A stretch of 48,130 nt of DNA from Actinomycetota bacterium (GTDB lineage: Bacteria; Actinomycetota; UBA4738; HRBIN12), in NCBI GenBank assembly GCA_046716145.1, contig JBKJXU010000021.1:1-48130 (forward strand), read 5' to 3'. The position numbers and the translations under genes were made by a program. A model generated the notes under the pieces. It searched no databases and was not told where the DNA came from. It was given only the letters and a program-made list of their open reading frames with translations. Position 1 is the stretch's first letter. Each line of letters starts with the position of its first letter. Shown piece by piece: positions 1 through 10,413 of this stretch.

Positions 1-83
1 AGGTAGTTGAGGTACACCGCGTTGTTGACGTGACCGTACGAGTCGACGTCGGACCACCGGATCCGCTCATGATGCTCGATCAT
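1..83 (-). CDS. Acyl-CoA thioesterase (YbgC/FadM hot-dog family), N-terminal part; runs off the window edge
   Basis: Manual translation MIEHHERIRWSDVDSYGHVNNAVYLNY carries the D-x-x-GHVNN-x-x-Y motif; the ATG overlaps the stop of the 80..268 ORF (ATGA). Confidence 0.85.
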   Translation of the reverse strand, partial: MIEHHERIRWSDVDSYGHVNNAVYLNY

Positions 84-268
84 CCGTGATCCTCGCCGAG
101 CTCGGCTAACCGACGGTCGATCGCGGCGTCGGCAGCGCGCCCGCTCCTCCGTGAGCCTGTGACGGCGTCCAAGAAGTCGTCTCGCTCCAGCACCAGCAGC
201 TCGAGGTCCGTCGTGGCACTCCCCAGAACTGTCCGATACACCTGCACGGTGCCGGCCAGCCCGCTCAC
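80..268 (-). pseudogene. Remnant of an MFS-cNMP paralogue (short N-terminus joined to the C-terminal cNMP tail)
   Basis: ATTDLELLVLERDDFLDAVTGS..DRRLAE aligns by eye with the end of 308..1951 (ATVPTTLLALDREHFLSAVTGS..DRRLAE). Confidence 0.6.
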
Positions 269-307
269 GGATCGCCTCGGAGGATGGTCGGACAGGGTTG
301 CGCTGCT

Positions 308-1951
308 TCACCCACCGCCATCACCATGCTCGGCGAGACGTCGATCCACCTCGACGGCCAGCACGGCCCCGGCCGGCGACCCCGTCACCGCCGAGAGGAA
401 GTGTTCGCGGTCAAGCGCCAGGAGCGTGGTCGGGACCGTGGCCGTCACGCTCGCCGTCCGTGGCACGTCTCGCAAGAGCGCGATCTCGCCCGCATAGTCG
501 CCCGGTCCGAGGATGGCGAGCTCCGTGCCGCCGCGCGAGACCCTGAGCGATCCCTCCGCGATCAAGTAGAAGCGGTCACCCGGTTCCCCCTCACGGATGA
601 CGACGGTCTCCGCGCCCACGTCGGCCCTGACGAGGTGGCGCGCCACGCGCTCGAGAGCGGCGGGGCCGAGCGGTCCGAAGAGCGCGGTACCGCGCAGGAG
701 CGCGATATGAGCAGGGTCAGCGACCACCGCCTCGCGATCGACCTTGCGTATCCGGTGCAGCACGAGCAGCGCCGCCACCGGGAGCCACAGACCCGCGATC
801 ATGAACGTGGTGTCGGGGCCTACCCACGTCACCAACGCGGGGGTCACCACCGAGCCGACCGCGAGGGCGGCCATGCTGAGCCCCTCTTGCACACCGAAGA
901 CCCGCGCGAGCACGTCGTCATCGACGCTGCGCTGGAGCAACGTGCGCGCGGTCACGTCGAAGAAACTCTTGCCGATGCCCGCCGCGCCCAGGAGCACGAT
1001 GGCGACCACCGGGCCGCTCGCGAACGCCACGAGCGCGATCGGGACCCCGATCCCGATCACGCCCAAGGTGAACGGAGACGCCAGCCGCTCCCGTCCGATC
1101 AACGTCACGGTGGCGGCCGCGCCCAGGAGCCCACCCACCCCGATGGCGGCGGACAAAACGCCCGGACCGGAGGGTCCCATCGCCAAGACCCCGAACGCGA
1201 GGACCACGGTGAGGACGTCGAGGGCGCCGATCACGACCGTCTGACCGGCGACGAACCCGAGCAGCAAGCGGGCTCCCGGGCGGCGGCGAAGCTCACGGAA
1301 GCCCTCGAGGGCTCCTCCGACCCGGGCCGTGTGCCCCTCCGTGATGCGCGCGCGCGCGTGGACCGCCAGCATCAGGATGCCGACCGCTACGAGCCCACCC
1401 GACGCCACGCCGTAGACCAGCGCCGGCCCGGAGACGGCCAACATCAGCCCGGCCAACAGCGGACCGATGAAGATGGCCAACCCCTCGAGCGTGCTCGAGA
1501 GCGCGTTCGCCGCGGTCAGCTGCGCAGGGGTCTCCGCCAATTCCGGGAGGATCGAGAGGTGGGAAGGCCGCGTCATCGTCATGGCAACCGACGCCAACGC
1601 AGCGACTGCATAGACGACCGGGCGTGGCAGTGCCACGGCCAAGGCGGCGGCCGTCGCACCATTCATCACGCCCTGGGTCAGGTAGCCGAGCGCGAGCGCC
1701 CGCTCGCGGTGCATGCGGTCACCGAGCTGGGATACGAACGGCGCGAGGAGCGCGGTGGGCACGAGCATCACGAGAGCGGCCGTGCCCATCTCACCCGTCC
1801 CTCCTCGCTCGTAGGCGTAGACGAGGATCGCGATCCACGTCGCGGATTCGGCGGGGCGGTAGACCGCGAAAGCGAGCAGCACGCGACGAAGGCTCGCGTC
1901 GCGGAGCACCGCCTTCAGGGACGTCGCGGTGTCACCTTCACCTCTGCCCAC
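308..1951 (-). CDS. MFS transporter fused to a C-terminal cyclic-nucleotide-binding domain
   Basis: Many hydrophobic helices, an MFS motif-A-like LGDRMHRER, then GEIALLRDVPRTASV; GTG start chosen after a GGAAGG RBS. Confidence 0.85.
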   Translation of the reverse strand: MGRGEGDTATSLKAVLRDASLRRVLLAFAVYRPAESATWIAILVYAYERGGTGEMGTAALVMLVPTALLAPFVSQLGDRMHRERALALGYLTQGVMNGATAAALAVALPRPVVYAVAALASVAMTMTRPSHLSILPELAETPAQLTAANALSSTLEGLAIFIGPLLAGLMLAVSGPALVYGVASGGLVAVGILMLAVHARARITEGHTARVGGALEGFRELRRRPGARLLLGFVAGQTVVIGALDVLTVVLAFGVLAMGPSGPGVLSAAIGVGGLLGAAATVTLIGRERLASPFTLGVIGIGVPIALVAFASGPVVAIVLLGAAGIGKSFFDVTARTLLQRSVDDDVLARVFGVQEGLSMAALAVGSVVTPALVTWVGPDTTFMIAGLWLPVAALLVLHRIRKVDREAVVADPAHIALLRGTALFGPLGPAALERVARHLVRADVGAETVVIREGEPGDRFYLIAEGSLRVSRGGTELAILGPGDYAGEIALLRDVPRTASVTATVPTTLLALDREHFLSAVTGSPAGAVLAVEVDRRLAEHGDGGG

Positions 1952-2009
1952 GAGGGCGATCCTTCCAGGCGAGGACCGAGCCCGCAACGCGCTGGCCGAA
2001 CGGGGAACG

Positions 2010-2037
2010 CGAACGGGGCCCCGGAGGGCCCCGTTCG
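2010..2037 (-). terminator. Putative intrinsic terminator of groEL
   Basis: Perfect 12-bp stem CGAACGGGGCCC/GGGCCCCGTTCG with a 4-nt loop just after the groEL stop. Confidence 0.75.
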
Positions 2038-2060
2038 AGGGATCGCATGCGGTGACTGGA

Positions 2061-3719
<1,659 letters not shown>

Positions 3720-3739
3720 TCAGCCTGGGCTGTCGACTG

Positions 3740-3766
3740 CTAGCACTCGACAGGTGTGAGTGCTAA
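3740..3766. promoter_or_regulatory. CIRCE element (HrcA operator)
   Basis: cTAGCACTC-N9-GAGTGCTAA upstream of groEL. Confidence 0.95.
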
Positions 3767-3768
3767 TG

Positions 3769-3798
3769 ATGGTAGCCCCGGCCGGGCGGGAGTGGCAA
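3769..3798 (-). promoter_or_regulatory. SigA-type groEL promoter
   Basis: TTGCCA-N18-TACCAT on the minus strand, abutting CIRCE. Confidence 0.7.
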
Positions 3799-3799
3799 G

Positions 3800-3935
3800 C
3801 CTGGAGGGTCAGCCCCGCGAAGCGACGACCACGGATGGGGGGCCTGCGAACACGAAAGTGGAGTACGCCGGCGAAGCCCCATCCCGCGACCCACAGAGCT
3901 GCGGAGACGCTCTCCTTTCCGAACGGGGCCTCAGG
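3800..3935. other. Structured intergenic element (candidate ncRNA or REP-like element)
   Basis: GGATGGGG/CCCCATCC stem, CAC-GAAA-GTG tetraloop hairpin and two GCGAAGC mini-hairpins. Confidence 0.4.
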
Positions 3936-3965
3936 TCAGGCGGCCGAGCCACTAGCATGCTGCGC

Positions 3966-5732
3966 ATGTCGGATGCGCCCGCGTGGGTCCGCCGGTTCAC
4001 GGCGACGAGGCTCGGCTTCCCGACGTGGGCTGACGCCTCGCCCGACCGGCTCGCCATCGTGACGAACCGCAGCGGCGCGTGGCAGGTCTGGGCGCACGAC
4101 TTGGACACCGGCACGTGGCGCCAGGCGAGCGATGAGCCGGTGGGTGTGGAGAGCGCCCGGGCGCTCCCCGACGGCCGTATCGCGTGGTTCCAGGACGACT
4201 CCGGTGAAGAGACGGGCAGGTGGGTGGCCCAGCCCTTCGAGGGGGGAACGATCGAACCCCTCTTCCCGGCGCTCCCGACCGGGTGGTCCCTCGGTATGGC
4301 GATGGCACCCGGTGGGCGTTCGGTCGCAGGCCTCGAGGTCGCCGGCGAGTACCGGATCTACCTGGTCGACGGCGAGAGCGCGACCGTGCTCTACGCCTCT
4401 ACGACGCCCGCGGGCGTGGGCTCGGAGTGGCCCGACGGTCTCGGCGGCCTGTCGCCGGACGGCCGTTTCGCCGTCATCCGCCACACCGAGCACGGCGACA
4501 TCCTGCGTCCCGCGCTCCGCATCGTCGAGACGGCAACGGGAGCGGCGATCGCGGACATCGATGACCAGCCTCGGCGGCTCGAGGCAGGACCCTGGTCCGA
4601 GGACGGGACCCGCTTCGCCTTCACGAACGAACTCGCCGACCGTGCCCGGCCGTCGGTCTGGGACGCCGGCAGCCGCGAGCGCTTCGACCTCGACGTCGAT
4701 CTCCCCGGTGATGTGTACCCAGTGCAGTGGTACGCGGATGGCGATCTGTTGGTGCGCCATGAGTTCGAAGCACGCGCTCAGCTCTACCGGCGCCATCCGA
4801 CCGGCGAACGCACGCTCGTCGCCGACCCCGGTGGTGACATCGAGGACGCCCGGCTGCGGCCCGGAGGCGAGGCATGGCTCCGCGCGAGCGACGGGGCGGC
4901 TGCGCATCGCACGGTCGACGCGTCAGGGGCGGTGGCGATCGCGAGCCCGGATCCCGAGGTCCCCGAGGGGCGACCCCTTCGCGATGTGTGGACCACGAAC
5001 GCACGCGGCGACCGGATCCATACGCTGCTCGTCACGCCCGACGGCGAGGGCCCGTTCCCCCTGGTGCTTTCGGTTCACGGCGGCCCCGAGTGGCACGAAC
5101 GCCACGCGTGGGATGCCGAGGCGCTCGCCTACGTCGACGAGGGCTACGCGGTCGCCCTGCCCAACTACCGAGGCTCGACCGGCTACGGCGTCGCGTTCCG
5201 CGAGGCGCTCGTCGGTGACGTGTGCCACTGCGAGTCCGAAGATCTCATGGCGGTGCTCGACGAACTCATCGCGCAGGGAGTCGCCGATCCCGACCGCATC
5301 TTCTGGAGCGGCTGGTCCTGGGGAGGGTGCCTGGCCTGTTTCAACGCCGGGGTCAACCCGAAGCGATGGCGTGCCATCTTCGCCGGCATCCCTGCGGGCG
5401 AGTTCGTCGCCGCCCACCATGCGTCGGCGCCCGAACTCCAAGCGTGGGACGTCGCGGTCTACGGCGGTCACCCGGAGGAGGTGCCCGACGCCTACCGGCG
5501 ATCGAACCCGATGACGTACGTGGAGACCGTCACGGCGCCGATCATCGTGGTGGCGGGAGAACACGATCCTCGGTGCCCGATCGAGGGCGTCACTCCGTGG
5601 GTCGACGCGGTTCGCGCCAACGGCGTCGAGGTGCAGGTTCACACCTACCCTGCGGGTCACCACGCGAACGCCATGGAGGACCAGGTCCGCCACCTGCAGG
5701 CCGTGCTGGACTTCTTCGCGCGGCACGGTTGA
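3966..5732 (+). CDS. S9 family (prolyl oligopeptidase/acylaminoacyl) serine peptidase
   Basis: Propeller-like N-terminus, VHGGP, NYRGSTGYG, GWSWGG nucleophile, GEHDPRC and GH; start placed 7 nt after TAGCAT. Confidence 0.92.
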   Translation: MSDAPAWVRRFTATRLGFPTWADASPDRLAIVTNRSGAWQVWAHDLDTGTWRQASDEPVGVESARALPDGRIAWFQDDSGEETGRWVAQPFEGGTIEPLFPALPTGWSLGMAMAPGGRSVAGLEVAGEYRIYLVDGESATVLYASTTPAGVGSEWPDGLGGLSPDGRFAVIRHTEHGDILRPALRIVETATGAAIADIDDQPRRLEAGPWSEDGTRFAFTNELADRARPSVWDAGSRERFDLDVDLPGDVYPVQWYADGDLLVRHEFEARAQLYRRHPTGERTLVADPGGDIEDARLRPGGEAWLRASDGAAAHRTVDASGAVAIASPDPEVPEGRPLRDVWTTNARGDRIHTLLVTPDGEGPFPLVLSVHGGPEWHERHAWDAEALAYVDEGYAVALPNYRGSTGYGVAFREALVGDVCHCESEDLMAVLDELIAQGVADPDRIFWSGWSWGGCLACFNAGVNPKRWRAIFAGIPAGEFVAAHHASAPELQAWDVAVYGGHPEEVPDAYRRSNPMTYVETVTAPIIVVAGEHDPRCPIEGVTPWVDAVRANGVEVQVHTYPAGHHANAMEDQVRHLQAVLDFFARHG

Positions 5733-5744
5733 CCCTCGCCGAGC

Positions 5745-6166
5745 TCAGAACCCCCAGGTCACGATGCGGTCCACGCGGATGTCCAGCATCACGGACGTGC
5801 CGGGCACGATGGGCGACTGCTCGGGGTACTGCGGGTACTTCTCCTCGAGGAGGTTCTTGATCCGCTCCCACTCATACCCCGACTCGATGATCTGCGCCTG
5901 GCCGAACACCATCACCGCGCGCAACCGATCCCAATCCTCGTGGTACTCGTCCACCGTGATCGAGACCTGCGGGTTCTCGCGGATGTTGCGCACCTTCACC
6001 GTCGCGAACTCGGTCGCGAGGACCACCCGGTCAAGGTCCAGCACCGGCGACACCGGCACCACATGCGGCTCTCCGCCGCGTCCCACGGTCCCCAGGTAGG
6101 CGACACGCGCCGCGGCGAAGAGCTCGGCGGCCCCACCGGTCAGCAGGGGTCCTTGATCGAAGAGGC

Positions 6167-6170
<4 letters not shown>
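5745..6170 (-). CDS. Pyridoxamine 5'-phosphate oxidase-like (PPOX/F420-binding family) protein
   Basis: [12 protein letters not shown] and [16 protein letters not shown]. Confidence 0.85.
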
Positions 6171-8125
<1,955 letters not shown>

Positions 8126-8309
8126 GGCGGTCGTCCTCCCTGGCTTCGGCGAGGCCAGCATCCTACGCAAGGCCCCTCGCGGCTGCGACCCGGCGGACGC
8201 ACCCGGAGCCCAAGGTGCTTGCATCGGCCAGCCGTAGCCACCACCATCGTCGCCAAGCCGCCCGTACGGGGCGGCTTCGAAGCTTCGCGAAGGGGAAGGG
8301 AGGCCGCGG

Positions 8310-8486
8310 ATGGCCGACATGGCCTACTGCATGAAGTGCCGTGAGAAGCGTGAGTTCACCGGTTCGCTCGTCACGCTGAAGAACGGCAGGCCCGCGTTGC
8401 AAGGCACGTGTGGCGTGTGCGGGACCAAGCTCACGAAGATCCTGGGCATGGACGCCGCGAAAGCGATGGGCTGGCAAGCGCCCTGA
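8310..8486 (+). CDS. Small basic Zn-ribbon protein (DUF5679-like), 58 aa, absent from the ORF track
   Basis: Manual translation [58 protein letters not shown]; GGGAGG RBS. Confidence 0.85.
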   Translation: MADMAYCMKCREKREFTGSLVTLKNGRPALQGTCGVCGTKLTKILGMDAAKAMGWQAP

Positions 8487-8504
8487 CCAAGGTCCAGATC
8501 TGAA

Positions 8505-8975
8505 CTAGTTCAGACGAGAAAGCAGCTCAGCGGTGCTGACGACGACCGCGCCGGATGCTGTCCGGTGGCGGGCCGCGAGGTCCGCCACCGTCGTCTCGTC
8601 GAAGACCTTCTGAACGGCGCGGGCCACATCGGCCCAGAACCCTTGCAGCCCACACCGTGAGTCGGCGAAACAGGTGTGATCGGAAGGCTCGAGACAGAAC
8701 ACCGGGTAGAGCTGGCCCTCGATCGCATCCGCGACCTGGCCCACGGTGATCGCCGCCGGATCGCGCGCCAGCCGGCATCCACCACCCGCGCCTCGGAAGC
8801 TCTGCACCAGACCGGCTCTGGACAATGCTCCCAGTTGCTGCTCCAAGAATCGAACGGGGATCTGTTGCCGCTCCGCGATCTGGCGTGCAGGGACCAGCGT
8901 ATCCGAGCCCGCCTGCCCGGCGAGCTCGATCATCGCCCTGATCGCGTACTCGAGCTTCTGAGGGACCTTGAGCAT
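8505..8975 (-). CDS. Rrf2 family transcriptional regulator with three C-terminal Cys
   Basis: YAIRAMIELA, FLEQQLGAL, SFRGAGGG, C-x7-C-x5-C. Confidence 0.93.
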   Translation of the reverse strand: MLKVPQKLEYAIRAMIELAGQAGSDTLVPARQIAERQQIPVRFLEQQLGALSRAGLVQSFRGAGGGCRLARDPAAITVGQVADAIEGQLYPVFCLEPSDHTCFADSRCGLQGFWADVARAVQKVFDETTVADLAARHRTASGAVVVSTAELLSRLN

Positions 8976-8985
8976 CGACTCAAGG
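8966..8985. promoter_or_regulatory. Inverted repeat over the Rrf2 start; candidate autoregulatory operator
   Basis: CCTTGAG-N6-CTCAAGG. Confidence 0.45.
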
Positions 8986-9079
8986 CTACCCGGGATCGGG
9001 GGGCAAGCGCGATACGTTGCCTGCCGATACATGACTGTAGAGATCCCTGCTCGAGCGGGGGTGGAGGAGAGGGATCGGG

Positions 9080-9469
9080 TTGGCGCGCGTACTGGTGATC
9101 GATGACGAACCTGACGTCCGCTGGTTGCTGCGGCTGAGTCTGGAGCGCGTCGGTCACGAGGTCTTGCTGGCCGAAGACGGCCTTCGCGGCGTCGCGATGG
9201 CTCAGCGGCAACGGCCCGATGCCATCGTGTTGGATCTGATGATGCCGGTGATGGACGGCTACGGCGTCCTCGATGCGCTCGCCAAGGACCCGCGGACGTC
9301 GCACGTGCCGGTCATGGTGCTCACGGCGAAGGCGATCCCCGATGAGAGCGAGAAGGCCGCCGAGGCCGGCGCTCGGCGGTTCCTGACCAAGCCGTTCGAC
9401 CCCGATGACCTCGCGGCGGAACTGGAAGCCCTCCTCGGCGAGCCACCGGCGCCCGAGACGGGCGGCTAA
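9080..9469 (+). CDS. Single-domain response regulator receiver
   Basis: VIDDE, LDLMMPVMDG, LTAKA, TKPF. Confidence 0.92.
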   Translation: MARVLVIDDEPDVRWLLRLSLERVGHEVLLAEDGLRGVAMAQRQRPDAIVLDLMMPVMDGYGVLDALAKDPRTSHVPVMVLTAKAIPDESEKAAEAGARRFLTKPFDPDDLAAELEALLGEPPAPETGG

Positions 9470-9996
9470 GCGGCGATCGAGGCAGCGAAGTCCTCGCCGA
9501 CGACGACGACGATCGAGGCGGAATCCGGCACGACGTCCTTGTACAGCGGGGAGAGACGTCCAACCTGCGCGCCCTCGAAGAACTCATTCGCCACGTAGGC
9601 GGCGTCGGCCTTGTTCTGGGCTTCGTCATCACCGGTGCGGTAGTAGACGGTCGTCGTCGAGACACCCTGGGTCGGGGAGTTGTCGGCGTCGGTCGCGGTG
9701 ACGTACCCGGCATCCTCCAGCAACTCTTGCGCGGCGCCCGCCAGGCCGGCAACGCTCGTCCCGTTGAGGGTCATGAACGTGACGCCGGTGGTGTTGGGCT
9801 CGGGGCCTTCATCGGGCTCCCCGGTGGGGGTGGGTGACACCACGTCGGTCGGCTGCGCCGTCGGGCTCCCGGTCGGGGTGGGCGACCCCGAGGGGGTGGG
9901 CGCGACGGTGTCCGGCTCGAACCCTCTGGAGAGCACGACGGCCCCGACCGCGACGAGCGCGGCGACGATGACGATCCGAGCGGTCCCGAGGTTCAC
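9466..9996 (-). CDS. LytR C-terminal domain membrane-anchored protein
   Basis: N-terminal TM helix, Pro/Thr linker, LNGTSVAGLA, TTVYY, VVVGEDF. Confidence 0.85.
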   Translation of the reverse strand: MNLGTARIVIVAALVAVGAVVLSRGFEPDTVAPTPSGSPTPTGSPTAQPTDVVSPTPTGEPDEGPEPNTTGVTFMTLNGTSVAGLAGAAQELLEDAGYVTATDADNSPTQGVSTTTVYYRTGDDEAQNKADAAYVANEFFEGAQVGRLSPLYKDVVPDSASIVVVVGEDFAASIAA

Positions 9997-10031
9997 GGGC
10001 TCATCCTACCCAGGAGCCGGGGCAGCCTGTC

Positions 10032-10310
10032 TCAAGACAGGCGCACCCCTAGCCGATCGGCCACCCTGCGACGTCGCCGAGCCGCACGCACTCGCCGAAG
10101 CCGGCGCACCGTCATGGGATCGTGGGCGAGCGCCGCAGGGTCGTCCAGGGTCCGCGTGAGCAACTGGTGGTAGCGGGTCATCGACAGACCGAACCGCTCC
10201 CGTACGGCGCGCTCCTTGGACACGGTGAGCCGCCAGGACTCGCGCTCGAGGTCGAGGATCCGGCGGGAGCGCTCATCGAGCCCATGTTCCGCCGCCTCCG
10301 CTCCGCTCAC
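10032..10310 (-). CDS. DUF3263 family protein
   Basis: ILDLER..W....KERAVRERFGLS.TRYHQLL...LDDP.A...DP..VRRL; typically found beside LytR_C genes. Confidence 0.85.
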   Translation of the reverse strand: MSGAEAAEHGLDERSRRILDLERESWRLTVSKERAVRERFGLSMTRYHQLLTRTLDDPAALAHDPMTVRRLRRVRAARRRRRVADRLGVRLS

Positions 10311-10413
10311 CGGCGAAGGCTCCCATCCCCCGGGCCGTGGCGCAAGCATCCGCGCTCGGGAGCCGATACAGATGCAGACGCACCCTGATGAGAGGATGCC
10401 CGAAGGAGCCCGC

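Noticed and set aside
8966-8985. HAIR (HspR) operator
   Set aside because: The arms resemble CTTGAGT-N7-ACTCAAG but the spacing is 3 nt shorter, and it is not upstream of a chaperone gene.
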